Both the position numbers and the translations under genes were made by a program. The notes below the pieces were generated by a model. That model was not told where the DNA came from and did not search any database. It saw only the letters and a program-made list of their open reading frames with translations. Source: an uncultured Planctomycetales bacterium (lineage in GTDB: Bacteria > Planctomycetota > Phycisphaerae > UBA1845 > JAFGLZ01). From it: a DNA stretch of 64,000 nucleotides. Shown here piece after piece: positions 28,399 through 38,439 of this stretch. Location: NCBI GenBank assembly GCA_964622545.1, contig CAZUQM010000015.1, positions 71,997 to 135,996 of the forward strand, written 5' to 3'. How positions within the stretch are numbered: the first letter of the stretch is position 1; each line of letters opens with the position of its first letter.

Positions 28399-28767
28399 AT
28401 GGGACGCTTGCGAGGCGACCTTCAAGGCAGAGCCTTGGACCTGGGTGTCGCCATCATGAACCTGACGGATGCTTTTCCCAACAACGCAAAGGGGTGGGAG
28501 ATCGCGCGTCAGCCCATTCGTGCCGGAACATCCATCGGAGCGAATCTATGCGAAGCAGACCACGCCCTCACAGACGTAGACTTCGCGCACAAGGCGTCGC
28601 TCGCCAGGAAGGAAGCAGCGGAAACAGGCTATCGGCTCAAGATTGCTGTTAGAGCGGGGATGTGCAATCAAGAGGCCGTTGCAGGTATGTCAGACGAGGT
28701 TGAGGAGTACGTGCGGATGGTGCGCAAGACCCAAGAGCACATCGGTCGATCTCGACCGAAGAGGTAG
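28399..28767 (+). CDS. Four-helix-bundle protein (23S rRNA intervening-sequence-protein family)
   Basis: 122 aa. ...LDLGVAIMNLTDAFPNNAKGWEIARQPIRAGTSIGANLCEADHALTDVDFAHKASLARKEAAETGYRLKIA matches the family pattern (QL.RA..SI.aNIaEg......df..kl.ia.kE..Et.yWL). It is the tail of track ORF 27127..28767, whose front is out-of-frame moxR shadow. Codons are visibly more AT-rich than in neighbouring genes. Confidence 0.7.
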   Translation: MGRLRGDLQGRALDLGVAIMNLTDAFPNNAKGWEIARQPIRAGTSIGANLCEADHALTDVDFAHKASLARKEAAETGYRLKIAVRAGMCNQEAVAGMSDEVEEYVRMVRKTQEHIGRSRPKR

Positions 28768-28825
28768 GTTCGATGGCTACAGGCGAGTATGTCCATCATC
28801 AGCAGACGAGGCGTTCCTTCTTATG

Positions 28826-28857
28826 TCGACGTGTCGACGTGTTGACTTGTTGACTTG
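28826..28857. repeat. Phased 8-mers (tcgacgtg x2, ttgacttg x2), right flank of the four-helix-bundle cassette
   Basis: tcgacgtg is the reverse complement of cacgtcga, and ttgacttg is the reverse complement of caagtcaa; both of those units are in the left flank. The block contains two GTCGAC palindromes. Confidence 0.7.
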
Positions 28858-28953
28858 TGACCATGGGAGTCTTGATGCCGTGCTATTTCGCCGTTTGGCG
28901 CCTGAAGGGGCCCGTCCCGACGCCGGGCCGCCGAGCATGTTGAGGCCGATGCC

Positions 28954-29829
28954 GTGATCCCCAAAGAGCTCCTGAGAAAGATACGCCAGATCCAGATCCG
29001 CACGTCGCACATGGTCAACGACGTGCTGGCCGGGCAGTATCACTCCGCCTTCAAGGGACGCGGTATGGAGTTCGAGGAGGTCAGGCCCTACCAGATCGGC
29101 GACGACGTGCGGACCATCGACTGGAACGTCACCGCCCGATCGGGCGAACCCTTCGTCAAGCTCTTCCGCGAGGAGCGCGAGCTGACCGTCATGCTACTGG
29201 TCGACATGAGCCGATCGCACCTGTTCGGAACCGCCGGACAGCTCAAGCGCGAGCTCGCCGCCGAGGTCTGCGCCACGCTCGCCTTCAGCGCGATCCGTAA
29301 CAACGACAAGGTCGGCCTGATCCTCTTCACCGATCGGATCGAGCGCTTCGTGCCGCCCAAGAAGGGCACCCGCCACGTCCTGCGGGTCATCCGCGAGGTG
29401 CTCTACCACGAGCCGACCGGCAGGGGCACCGACATCGCCGCCGCGATCGAGCACCTCAACCGCGTCACGACGCGACGGTCGGTGGTGTTCCTCGTCAGCG
29501 ACTTCCAGGCCGAAAGCTACGAGCGACCGCTCCGCGTCGCGCGGCGGCGCCACGACGTGATCCCGATCACGATCGCCGACCGGCGCGAGATGGCTCTGCC
29601 CAACGTCCGGTTCGTCGAGCTGGTCGATGCCGAAACCGGCGAGACCGTCCTCGTCGACACCAGCAGCGGCAAGCTGCGGACGCGCTACGCCGCCGACGCC
29701 ACCCGAACCGCCGACGAGCGCCGCCGGTTCTTCCGACAGATGGACGTCGACAGCGTCGAGGTCATGACGGGCGAGTCGTTCGTCGAGCCGCTGACGCGCT
29801 TCTTCAGGGCAAGGGAGGCGAGATTGTGA
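28954..29829 (+). CDS. DUF58 domain protein (vWA-like, MoxR partner)
   Basis: GTG start. QYHSAFKGRGMEFEEVRPYQIGDDVRTIDWNVTARSGEPFVKLFREERELTVMLLVDMS is the canonical DUF58 core. Confidence 0.85.
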   Translation: MIPKELLRKIRQIQIRTSHMVNDVLAGQYHSAFKGRGMEFEEVRPYQIGDDVRTIDWNVTARSGEPFVKLFREERELTVMLLVDMSRSHLFGTAGQLKRELAAEVCATLAFSAIRNNDKVGLILFTDRIERFVPPKKGTRHVLRVIREVLYHEPTGRGTDIAAAIEHLNRVTTRRSVVFLVSDFQAESYERPLRVARRRHDVIPITIADRREMALPNVRFVELVDAETGETVLVDTSSGKLRTRYAADATRTADERRRFFRQMDVDSVEVMTGESFVEPLTRFFRAREARL

Positions 29830-29860
29830 TCCCCCCGGCGTCCCAACGGGCGCCGAGCGG

Positions 29861-30979
29861 GTGCGTAGCAATAGGAGCATCCGGTTGAACCGCATCACGC
29901 CGACGGTCCTCGCGACGCTATGCCTGGCCGTGTGCTGCTGCGCGCCGGGGTGCCGATCGAGGAACGGCGGCGACCCGGGCACCGACGAGGGCACCGCCAT
30001 CACCCGCACGGCCCTCCGCGGCCCGGTGACGCTGACGGTTCAGAGCGATCGTAGCCAGGCGACCATCGCCGAGCGCTTCACGCTGACGGTCACCGTCGAG
30101 GCCGACGACGAGATCGACGTGACCCTGCCCGAGTTCGGCGATGCCCTGGGCGAGCTGACCATCCGCGACTTCCGCTCGTCGGGCCCCAAACCGATCGAGG
30201 GCGGGCGGCGACGATGGCAACACCACTACGAGGTCGACGCGGAGGTCTCGGGCACGTATGAGGTCCGGCCGATCACGGTGACCTTCGTCGATCGTCGCGA
30301 AGGCTCGCCAGGGCCGCCTCGGCCGACCACGACCGCCTCGACAAGCCAGCCCGTACGCCGCGTCAGCACGGAGCCGTTCGAGCTCGAGGTGTCCTCGCTG
30401 CTCGAGGGCGAGTTCGACCCGACGAGCTTCCGCGACGTCAAGGCCCCGGCCGAGCTGCCCAAGCCGCCGCCGCGCTGGCCCTATTGGGTCGTCGGCATAG
30501 CCGGCGGGCTGCTCGCGGTCGCCCTGGCGATCTACCTGCTGATGCGACGGCGTCGGCGCCGCGGCGAGGAGGTCGTCCAGATCCCGCCGCATGAATGGGC
30601 CCTGGAGCAGTTGCAGGCGCTGCTCGACGAGGACCTCGTCGGCCAGGATCGCATCCAGGAGTTCTACTACCGACTGAACGCCATCGTCCGACAGTACATC
30701 GAGCTGCGGTTCGAGCTGATGGCCCCGGAGATGACGACCGAGGAATTCCTCGAAGCGCTTCGCAACAGCTACCTTCTCACGCCGGGCCGGAAGGAGCTGC
30801 TCGAGCGCTTCATGACCGCCTGCGATATGGTCAAGTACGCCCGCTATCAGCCCGGTTCGGCCGAGGTGGACGAGGTCGTCACCGCCGCACGCAACTTCAT
30901 CCGCCAGACCATACCTGGGCGTGCGAATGTGGACCTCGAGCCCGGAGACGAGACGACGACGGAGGAATCGGCCGCATGA
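29861..30979 (+). CDS. Lipoprotein with a BatD-like N-domain, one TM segment and a DUF4381-like C-terminal domain
   Basis: Lipobox-like LCLAVCCCAPGC. TM segment WPYWVVGIAGGLLAVALAIYLLMRRRRRR followed by PPHEWALEQLQAL...FYYRLNAIVRQYIELRF...EMTTEEFLEAL (DUF4381 pattern). GTG start at 29861 is uncertain (alternative TTG at 29885). Confidence 0.6.
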   Translation: MRSNRSIRLNRITPTVLATLCLAVCCCAPGCRSRNGGDPGTDEGTAITRTALRGPVTLTVQSDRSQATIAERFTLTVTVEADDEIDVTLPEFGDALGELTIRDFRSSGPKPIEGGRRRWQHHYEVDAEVSGTYEVRPITVTFVDRREGSPGPPRPTTTASTSQPVRRVSTEPFELEVSSLLEGEFDPTSFRDVKAPAELPKPPPRWPYWVVGIAGGLLAVALAIYLLMRRRRRRGEEVVQIPPHEWALEQLQALLDEDLVGQDRIQEFYYRLNAIVRQYIELRFELMAPEMTTEEFLEALRNSYLLTPGRKELLERFMTACDMVKYARYQPGSAEVDEVVTAARNFIRQTIPGRANVDLEPGDETTTEESAA

Positions 30980-32127
30980 GGCTGGAATGGTCCAGCGCGT
31001 TATGGATCGGTCTGATCGCCCTGGCGATCGTGCTGATCCTGCGCCGCCGCTGGAGGCCCCAGCGCTCCGGCATCCGCTTCTCAACGGTCGATCGGGTGCG
31101 AGCGCAGGGCGCCACGTGGGCCGGCGGCCTGCGCCGCCTGATTCCGTACCTGCGCTGGTCGGCCATCCTCGTCTTGCTGGTTGCCGTGGCGCGACCCCAA
31201 AAGGGCCACGAAGACCAGAGGATCGCGGCCGAGGGCATCGCCATCCAGATGGTGCTCGACGTGTCGTCCTCGATGCGGGCCCTCGATTTCCAGCTCAACG
31301 GCCGGCGGGCCTCCCGCATCGCCGCGGCTAAGGAGGTCATGGAGGATTTCGTCGCCGGCAAGGGCGGCCTCGAGGGCCGACCCAACGACCTCGTCGGGCT
31401 GATCACGTTCGCTCGTTACGCCGACAGCAAGGTGCCGCTCACGCTCGATCACGCCAACCTGCTCGGCGTGCTCGGCGAGACCGAGGCCGTTCACCCGCGC
31501 TACCGCCGGGGCCGACGTGGACGCCTCGAGCCCGTCGGCGCCACCGCCGAAGAGGACGGCACCGCCATCGGCGATGCCCTGGGCGTGGCCGTCGAGCGCC
31601 TCCGCCGCTATGCCGAATCCCGCGGGCAGGCCGACGCCGAGGGCGAGGATACCCAAGCGAGCAGCAAGATCATCGTCCTGCTCACCGACGGCAACCAGAC
31701 CGTGCCCGACAGCATGGACCCGGTCCAGGCCGCCGAGATCGCCGCGTCGTTCGGGTACAAGATCTACGTCATCGGCGCCGGCTCCCGAAAGGCGTGCCCC
31801 TACCCGGTTGAGATCGAAGGCGAGGGCACGCAGTACGTTCGCGGGCGCGACGTCATCAACGAAGAGCCGCTCAAGGAGATCGCCCGCATCACCGGCGGAG
31901 AGTACTTCCGGGCCCTCGACACCAACGGCCTGGAGAGCATCTACGCACAGATCGACCGACTCGAAAAGGTCGAGACCGTCGAGAAGCGCTACCTCGACTG
32001 GACCGAGCTGGCCATCGCGCCGATGGCGTGGAGCGTGCCGGGCCTCTTGCCCCGCGTGTGGTGGGCGCTGGTCTTGTTGCTGATCGAGGTCATGCTGCTC
32101 AGCACGCGATTCAGGAAGATCCCGTAA
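30976..32127 (+). CDS. batA: vWA-domain membrane protein BatA
   Basis: The start ATG overlaps the upstream stop (ATGA). N-terminal TM, then QMVLDVSSSM (MIDAS DxSxS) and IVLLTDGNQT; C-terminal TM. Its position after DUF58/DUF4381 fits BatA. Confidence 0.75.
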   Translation: MRLEWSSALWIGLIALAIVLILRRRWRPQRSGIRFSTVDRVRAQGATWAGGLRRLIPYLRWSAILVLLVAVARPQKGHEDQRIAAEGIAIQMVLDVSSSMRALDFQLNGRRASRIAAAKEVMEDFVAGKGGLEGRPNDLVGLITFARYADSKVPLTLDHANLLGVLGETEAVHPRYRRGRRGRLEPVGATAEEDGTAIGDALGVAVERLRRYAESRGQADAEGEDTQASSKIIVLLTDGNQTVPDSMDPVQAAEIAASFGYKIYVIGAGSRKACPYPVEIEGEGTQYVRGRDVINEEPLKEIARITGGEYFRALDTNGLESIYAQIDRLEKVETVEKRYLDWTELAIAPMAWSVPGLLPRVWWALVLLLIEVMLLSTRFRKIP

Positions 32128-33275
32128 TGGACACGCTGCCGAAAGCGAGACATCTCTGGCACCTCGTCTGGATCTTCGCGCTGCCCGCGCTCGTCTGGGT
32201 CTATGCGGCCACGCGCGAGGACCTCCACTTCGAGCGTCCCGGCTGGCTCTGGCCCGGCCTGATCGGCGTGTTGCTCGCTGCGGCATTCTACGTCTATCGC
32301 TTCGCGCAGAAGCGGCGGGCCCTCACACGGTTCGCGACCGCCAACCTGTTTGCCCAGCTCATGCCCACCGTCAGCCCGTCGCGACAGGTCATCAAGGCCG
32401 GCCTGACCGTCGCGGCGATGCTGTGCATCGGCAGTGCCGCGATGGGGCCGCGCTGGGGCATGGCCGAGAAGACCGTGCGGCTGTCGGGCATCGACGTCAT
32501 GATCGCCCTGGACGTGTCCCGATCGATGCTGGCCGAGGACGCGGGCGAGTCGCGCCTCGAACGCGCCAAGCAGGACATCCGCGACCTGCTGGCGGTCCTC
32601 GAAGGCGACCAGGTCGGCCTGGTCACGTTCGCCGGGAAGGCCGTGCTGAAGTGCGCCCTCACGCCCGACTACGGCTTCTATCGCCTGGTGCTCGACGAGG
32701 TCGGCACGCACAGCGCCCCGGTCGGCGGCACGCTCATCGGCGACGCCGTGCGCCTGGCCGCCGATCACTTCGACGACCGCATCAAGAAGCACAAGGTCAT
32801 CCTCGTCATCACCGACGGCGAGGACCACGAGAGCTACCCCATCGACGCCGCGCGCGACGCCTACGAGCAGCGCGGCATCCGTGTGTGTACGATAGGTATC
32901 GGGGACCCGGCGCAGGGCCGTCCCATCCCGATCAAGAAGGACGGCCGCTTCGTCAACCTTACGCACGACGGCCAGGTCGTCCGCAGCAAGATGAACCCGA
33001 AGGTCCTCCGCGAGATGGCGGCCGTCGGCGGCGGGATCTACGTCGACGCCGGGCTCCGGGCCATCGAGCTCGACACGATCTACCAGGACATCATCGCCAA
33101 GATGGACAAGGAGCGACGCGAATACGAGGCGACCCGGATCGAGCGCGGCCAGGCGTGGCAATGGCTCTTCGCCCTGACGGCGCTGGTCCTGCTGTTCGCC
33201 GAGGCGCTGTTGCCGGAACGGCTCGCACGTCCGGTCGCGCGGCCCGGCGAGTCAACGACACGGAGGGTGGCCTGA
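32127..33275 (+). CDS. batB: vWA-domain membrane protein BatB
   Basis: The start overlaps the batA stop (TAATG). Two N-terminal TM segments, IALDVSRSM (MIDAS), ILVITDGEDH and a C-terminal TM. Confidence 0.7.
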   Translation: MDTLPKARHLWHLVWIFALPALVWVYAATREDLHFERPGWLWPGLIGVLLAAAFYVYRFAQKRRALTRFATANLFAQLMPTVSPSRQVIKAGLTVAAMLCIGSAAMGPRWGMAEKTVRLSGIDVMIALDVSRSMLAEDAGESRLERAKQDIRDLLAVLEGDQVGLVTFAGKAVLKCALTPDYGFYRLVLDEVGTHSAPVGGTLIGDAVRLAADHFDDRIKKHKVILVITDGEDHESYPIDAARDAYEQRGIRVCTIGIGDPAQGRPIPIKKDGRFVNLTHDGQVVRSKMNPKVLREMAAVGGGIYVDAGLRAIELDTIYQDIIAKMDKERREYEATRIERGQAWQWLFALTALVLLFAEALLPERLARPVARPGESTTRRVA

Positions 33276-34177
33276 TGCGATACGCAACGGCGTTCGTGAT
33301 GCTGGCGGCGCTCGCACGGACGGGGCGGGCCGACGAGCCCGCCGCGTGGAAGCTGGTTCAGCAGGGCAATGCGGCCCTCGCATCGGGCAAGGTTGACGAA
33401 GCGATCCAGGCTTACGAGCAGGCCGACGCCCTCCGGCCGGACTCGCCCCGCATCCACTACAACCAGGGCCTGGCCCACTATCGCAAGGGCGACTTCGCCA
33501 AGGCCCGCGATTGGTTCAGCCAGGCCCTGTCCACCCGCGACCTGGAGCTCGAGGCCGACGCCCACTTCAACCTGGGCAACTGCGCCTACAGCCAGGCCCT
33601 GGCCAAACGCCGGAACGTCGACGAGGCCATCGAGCTGGCCACCGAGGCCATCGGCTCTTACCGTCGCACCCTCGAGCTGATGCCCGACGACCGCGACGCC
33701 AAGGCCAACATCGAGACGGCCCGACTGCTCATCAAACAGCTCAAGGACGAGAAGAAGAAGCAGCAGGAGCAGCAGAAGAACCAGCCCCAGAGCCAACCGT
33801 CGTCGCAGCCGTCGAGCCGGCCGAAGCAACAAGACCAAGAGAAGGACCCGTCCAAGCAAGACCCCTCCAAAAAGCAGGACAGCGACCAGAAGGAACAGCA
33901 GCAAGACGAGCAGAAGCCACCGCAAGACCAGAAGAAGCAGGACGAACAGCAGAAGCAGCAAGGCCAAGACCAGCAGGACAAGCAGGACCAGGCCGGCAGG
34001 GACGAGCAGAAGAAGCAGGGACAACAGGCCCAACAGGATCCCGCCAAGCAGGGCCAGCTCAGTCGCGACGAGGCCGAGCGATTGCTCCAGGCCATCCGCG
34101 ACAAGGAGCGTCAGCGGAGGCGCGCCAAGGTCAAGCGTCAGGCGGTCATCCGTGTGCCCGTGGAGCGAGATTGGTAG
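33275..34177 (+). CDS. batC: TPR protein BatC with a long Q/K/D/E-rich tail
   Basis: The start overlaps the batB stop (TGATG). Signal peptide, then TPR units (GKVDEAIQAYEQADALRPDSPRIHYNQGLAHYRKGDFAKARDWFSQAL), then about 100 aa of KKQQEQQKNQPQ... low complexity. Confidence 0.7.
   Translation: MRYATAFVMLAALARTGRADEPAAWKLVQQGNAALASGKVDEAIQAYEQADALRPDSPRIHYNQGLAHYRKGDFAKARDWFSQALSTRDLELEADAHFNLGNCAYSQALAKRRNVDEAIELATEAIGSYRRTLELMPDDRDAKANIETARLLIKQLKDEKKKQQEQQKNQPQSQPSSQPSSRPKQQDQEKDPSKQDPSKKQDSDQKEQQQDEQKPPQDQKKQDEQQKQQGQDQQDKQDQAGRDEQKKQGQQAQQDPAKQGQLSRDEAERLLQAIRDKERQRRRAKVKRQAVIRVPVERDW
33745..34055 (+). repeat. Purine-rich low-complexity coding tract (CAG/AAG/GAC/GAG codons) inside batC
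   Basis: Seen directly. Long runs such as cagcagcaagacgagcagaagccaccgcaagaccagaagaagcaggacgaacagcagaagcag. The opposite-strand ORF 33080..34300 reads as poly-Leu as a consequence. Confidence 0.8.
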
Positions 34178-34188
34178 CGTGAGGTGAG

Positions 34189-36000
34189 ATGATCCGTGCA
34201 GGCGACAATCCGGTGGAGCGGGCGCGGAGGCGGCACGCGAGGTCCATCGCCACGCTCGCCCTGGTCGTGACGGCAGCGTCGACCGAGCTAGCCCACGCAC
34301 AGCGGGTCTACGTCAAAGCGTCCCGCGCGCGTGTGCAGCCCGGCGAGCAGTTCCAATTGTGGGTCGTCGTTGAGGGCTCCCGCAACGTCGAGCCGCCTAC
34401 GCTGCCGGCCGTTTCCGGCCTGACCGGTGAGCGGAAGCCGAGCGATCGTCGCATCCAGATGATCAACTTTCGATCCAGCTCGCGGTTCGGCTACAACGTG
34501 ATGGCCACACAGCCGGGGCCGCTCACCATCCCCAAAATCCCCGTCCAGGTCGACGGAAAGACCGTCCACACTCAACCCATTCAGATCACGGTCTCCAAGC
34601 AGCAAGATCAGGACGTGCTCGCCGGAGAAATCACGTCGAGCCACGACCAGGTCTTCGTCGAGCAGCCGTTCGAGCTGACGCTCCGCGTCTGGGTCCGCAT
34701 CTTCGAGCAAGAGAGCGTCACGCTCAGCGCAGAGGACATGGCTCGCCTGTTCAGTGAGGGCAGCGACTTCGGCCCCTTCCAGCAGGACCTGGCCGACGAG
34801 AAGATCCGCGTTCGCAAGGGTGTGCGCCGACCCGGCGTGGACGATCCAGACGCGACGTACTACGTCTACGAGATCACCCACCAGGCCAGCACCGAGAAGC
34901 CCGGGCCGTATAGGCTCGATCCCGTGATCCTCCGCATGACCTATCCGATCGAGCTGGGCCGCGATCGGTTCGGCCGCCTCGGGCTGGCCCGAAAGCGAAC
35001 GGTCATCGAGATCCCGGAACGGCCCTCGGTCCTGGTCAAACCCATCCCCGAGCAGGGCCGGCCCGAGACCTACAACGGCGCCATCGGCCGGTATACCTGG
35101 CGTGTGTGGCCCGACCGCACCGAGGTCCGCCGAGGCCAGCTCATCACACTCCACATGGAGATCACCGGCAGGGGGCGGCTCGACCGCCTGCCCGCGCCGC
35201 CGCTCGAGAGGGTCGACGCCCTCCAGAAGCACTTCAAGGTGCTCGAGGAGGACCTGGCCGGTGAGGTCAAGGACGGCAAGAAACTCTTCCGCAAGAAGAT
35301 CCGGGCCACCGACGCCTTCGCGACCCAGATTCCCCCGCTGCCCCTGACGTACTTCGACCCCGAGGCCGACGGCGGCAAGGGCAAGTTCGCCACCGTCATG
35401 AGCGAGCCGGTGCCGATCAAGGTCACGGCCGCCGAGACGCTCGGCAGCGACGACATCATCGTGCCCGCCGACCCCGACTCGGGTCAGAGCCGCCTGCTCA
35501 CCGAGGCCGCCGACAGCATCCGCGCCAACTTCACCGAGCCGGAGCAGGTCCTCGGCAGCCAGGTCTTCTCGCCCGGGCCGGGCTGGATCGCTACCCTCGT
35601 GCTGCCTCCGGTGATCTGGCTCATCGGATGGATCGTCCGCCAGCGGTCGGAGCGACTCCAGAGCGACGTGGCCCTGGCCCGTCGCCGCAGCGCCTATCGA
35701 TCGGCCGACCGCCGTCTGAACAGCGCCGGTCAGTCCGACGACCCCGCCGGGTTGGTCGCCGAGGCCCTGCTGACCTACGTGGCCGATCGCACGAACCTGC
35801 CGGCCGGCGGCATGACGCGCCCCGAGGCCGTCCGACGGCTGCGGGACGACGGCGTGGCCGGCGACCTGGTCCAGGACATGGACGCCATCCTGGCCGACTG
35901 TGAGGTCGCCCGCTACGGCGGCGCGGCCGCCAGCAGCGATGCCTTGCTCCAACGCGCGCGAGGGTGTCTGAGGCAGCTGGAAAGGCAATGGAAGGCGTAG
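34189..36000 (+). CDS. batD: BatD-like (oxygen-tolerance) protein
   Basis: 603 aa. Signal peptide, tandem Ig-like segments, a single late TM (WIATLVLPPVIWLIGWIV) and a cytoplasmic tail. Both the operon position and the architecture match BatD. Confidence 0.6.
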   Translation: MIRAGDNPVERARRRHARSIATLALVVTAASTELAHAQRVYVKASRARVQPGEQFQLWVVVEGSRNVEPPTLPAVSGLTGERKPSDRRIQMINFRSSSRFGYNVMATQPGPLTIPKIPVQVDGKTVHTQPIQITVSKQQDQDVLAGEITSSHDQVFVEQPFELTLRVWVRIFEQESVTLSAEDMARLFSEGSDFGPFQQDLADEKIRVRKGVRRPGVDDPDATYYVYEITHQASTEKPGPYRLDPVILRMTYPIELGRDRFGRLGLARKRTVIEIPERPSVLVKPIPEQGRPETYNGAIGRYTWRVWPDRTEVRRGQLITLHMEITGRGRLDRLPAPPLERVDALQKHFKVLEEDLAGEVKDGKKLFRKKIRATDAFATQIPPLPLTYFDPEADGGKGKFATVMSEPVPIKVTAAETLGSDDIIVPADPDSGQSRLLTEAADSIRANFTEPEQVLGSQVFSPGPGWIATLVLPPVIWLIGWIVRQRSERLQSDVALARRRSAYRSADRRLNSAGQSDDPAGLVAEALLTYVADRTNLPAGGMTRPEAVRRLRDDGVAGDLVQDMDAILADCEVARYGGAAASSDALLQRARGCLRQLERQWKA

Positions 36001-36876
36001 ATGATTCGGGATGATGTGACAGCTTGCGTCACGCTCCATCCGTCGAGCCGACGAGCTACGATGGGGTCGCGGTGTGTAGCACTGGGTCTGGCGATCGTGA
36101 CAACCGGTCTGCTGGCCGCGCCCGTTCGCGCCGAGATGTCCCGTGCCCGGCGCGTCGAGGTCTTCTACCAGGCCCAGCGGGCCTACGAGAAGGGCGTCGA
36201 GCTGGCTCGAAGCGCCCCCGACCAGGCGGGAGAGCACCTTCGCGAGGCCGCCAACGACTTCCAGGCCCTCGTCGACGACGGCGTCCGCAACGGCCGACTG
36301 CATTACAACCTCGCCAACACGTACCTCCGCCTGAACGAGCCGGGCCGTGCCATCCTGCACTACCGCAAGGCCCAGCGGTACATGCCCGACAACCCACGGC
36401 TTATCGAGGGCCTTCGCGTCGCACGCGGCCTGAGACGCAACGATCTGCCCGTCACCGGCGGCACCGCGCTGGTCCGCGCGCTGCTCTTCTGGCATTACGG
36501 CAGCTCGCTGAGGACCCGCGCCTGGCTCGGCTTGACGCTCTACGCCGCGTTCTGGATCGGTGCCCTGGCCGCCACGTTCTTCCGCCACGTCGCCTGGCGC
36601 TACGTGCTGCCGGTCGTCGTCGTGCTCTGGGTCGCGCTGGGCCTCAGCGTGGCCGGCACGCTCTACGCCGAAGCCCACCACCCGGAGGGCGTGATCGTCG
36701 CCGACGACGTCACCGTCACCAAGGATCCCGGCATCGGCTCCAGCCCCGCCTTCAAGGAGAAGCTTCACGAGGGCGTCGAGTTCCGCCTCATCGATCGACA
36801 GGGCGATTGGCTCCACATCGAGCTGCCCAACGCCAAGTCCGGCTGGGTCTCGCGCGAGGCCGTCGAGTTGATCTGA
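36001..36876 (+). CDS. batE: BatE-like TPR + TM + SH3b protein
   Basis: The ATG directly follows the batD stop (alternative start at 36061, MGSRCVALGL). TPR units (RLHYNLANTYLRLNEPGRAILHYRKAQRYMPDNP), four TM segments, and a C-terminal SH3b-like GVEFRLIDRQGDWLHIELPNAKSGWVSREAVELI. Confidence 0.6.
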   Translation: MIRDDVTACVTLHPSSRRATMGSRCVALGLAIVTTGLLAAPVRAEMSRARRVEVFYQAQRAYEKGVELARSAPDQAGEHLREAANDFQALVDDGVRNGRLHYNLANTYLRLNEPGRAILHYRKAQRYMPDNPRLIEGLRVARGLRRNDLPVTGGTALVRALLFWHYGSSLRTRAWLGLTLYAAFWIGALAATFFRHVAWRYVLPVVVVLWVALGLSVAGTLYAEAHHPEGVIVADDVTVTKDPGIGSSPAFKEKLHEGVEFRLIDRQGDWLHIELPNAKSGWVSREAVELI

Positions 36877-37007
36877 TGTCCGGCGGGTTTGCAGGGACCC
36901 CGCATCCGGCCCTGCGTACCCAAGCACGAGTCTCGACAGGCGTCATCAAGCACGGACGATGGTCGTTGCGCCAACCTCTGAGGTGCAGGCTGCCTCGCTC
37001 ACTCGAT

Positions 37008-37175
37008 CTACTCGGCTTCGGTGTCTTCGGCCTCGCTCTCGGCGGTGTCGCGTTCCTCAATCGTGTACATGCCGTTCAGCTCTCCATTATCATTCTGGTC
37101 AGATCCGGGCGTGCAACAGCCGGGCATGAGAACGGCCAGCATAATGACGGCCACGAGCAGCATTCTGGCAGTCAT
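37008..37175 (-). CDS. Small acidic lipoprotein (55 aa)
   Basis: MTARMLLVAVIMLAVLMPGC with lipobox LMPGC, then an acidic tail ...ERDTAESEAEDTEAE. The upstream extension to 37277 is unlikely to be translated. Confidence 0.45.
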   Translation of the reverse strand: MTARMLLVAVIMLAVLMPGCCTPGSDQNDNGELNGMYTIEERDTAESEAEDTEAE

Positions 37176-37396
37176 AATCGGTCTCCTGCGGCCCACCGAT
37201 AGGGTCGTTCCTTGGGTGGCCCGCATGAGGTGGTCCGAGCGCGAGACACCTCCAATAGGCCGTGAGATGCTCGCCAACCCATCCGGCTTTCAAGAAATCG
37301 AAACGAACGCGCATGCGACGACGCGTTGCGCCTGGCACGCAGTCGCATTCCTCCCACTGCCGGCTTGACCCCGTGTGGGGGCCTCCACTGGGTGCA

Positions 37397-38278
37397 TCAG
37401 CACGACGAGGTGTTCTCAGGCAGGGCCGTGGCCGCTACTGTGTCCGATCGAGATCCTCGGCGACGGGTCAGCACCGTCATGTCGATGGGCTTGTCGAGCT
37501 CCACATGGAAACCGCGTGCGAGGGCAAGCGTCAGGGGCATCAAGACCGCAGCGAGAACGCTGTCATAGAGCAGGGCCGCAACCCCCTCATCCCAGGGCCA
37601 CTGCATGCTCCGGTAGATATGGAGATAGTTTGCGAGCCTCAATTGCTCAGCCAGGCACCCCAGGACGAAGGCCGTTGCGGCCGCCATGACGACGAGGAAC
37701 GCCACGAACGCCAGATCCTGCCGCCAGACCCGGCCATAGCTCGCCCGATGCACAAGGATGGCGCGACATTTCGCGACCAGGAGACCCATGAGCAGGGCCA
37801 GCCACACGTGGCAAGACCAGAGCAACAGGCGGCTTACGGCGAATGAGGTGGGCGAGCCGGATTGGCTCCACACACCCCACCCCAAGCCGAGCGTGCTCAG
37901 CAGGTAGACCCATCCAGCAATGCGCCGGTCCAGGCGCCTGGCGAAGAGAACGCAGCACAAGGCCAGTGGCAAGACGAAAGGAAGCGTCAGCACGGCCAGT
38001 GAGACGATCGTGTGGGGGTAGACCGTGCCCTGATGTGGGATCACCGACCAATGGACATTGGCGCATCCCGTGGTGACCAGCCAAACAGCGGCCAGTGCCC
38101 CCTGAAGCCTTGCCAGGAAGACATCCCACCGGGAGGGAGGTGGGCGTAGACGCAGCTCTTCCAGATCGAACGCCTCGCCGCACTCGGGGCAGCGGTGCAG
38201 CGTCAGCCCGTAGAGGTCGTAATCGCAATGGGGGCAGCGAAGGTGCTCTCGGACAGCGGCGAACAGCGTCTGGGTCAC
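37397..38278 (-). CDS. Zinc-ribbon + multi-TM membrane protein, unknown function
   Basis: GTG start. The N-terminus CPHCDYDLYGLTLHRCPECGEAFD is a CxxC...CxxC ribbon. It is followed by about 7 hydrophobic segments. Confidence 0.5.
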   Translation of the reverse strand: MTQTLFAAVREHLRCPHCDYDLYGLTLHRCPECGEAFDLEELRLRPPPSRWDVFLARLQGALAAVWLVTTGCANVHWSVIPHQGTVYPHTIVSLAVLTLPFVLPLALCCVLFARRLDRRIAGWVYLLSTLGLGWGVWSQSGSPTSFAVSRLLLWSCHVWLALLMGLLVAKCRAILVHRASYGRVWRQDLAFVAFLVVMAAATAFVLGCLAEQLRLANYLHIYRSMQWPWDEGVAALLYDSVLAAVLMPLTLALARGFHVELDKPIDMTVLTRRRGSRSDTVAATALPENTSSC

Positions 38279-38439
38279 GGCCGGGTCTCCAGCGGGACAC
38301 CGGCAAACCGATGGCGTTACTACGCTGATTCATCCTACGGATGGGATACGGACCGGACAACCGGTGCTCGCCGGGCACCAGCGGCCGGTCGCGGGCTGGC
38401 GGGGTGGGGGGTACGGCGGTGAGCAGCGTTCGCTGCGTA

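Noticed and set aside
34288-36927. 879-aa minus-strand ORF
   Set aside because: It is antisense to batD/batE and low-complexity (G/A/D/L/R). The plus strand carries the operon-consistent genes.
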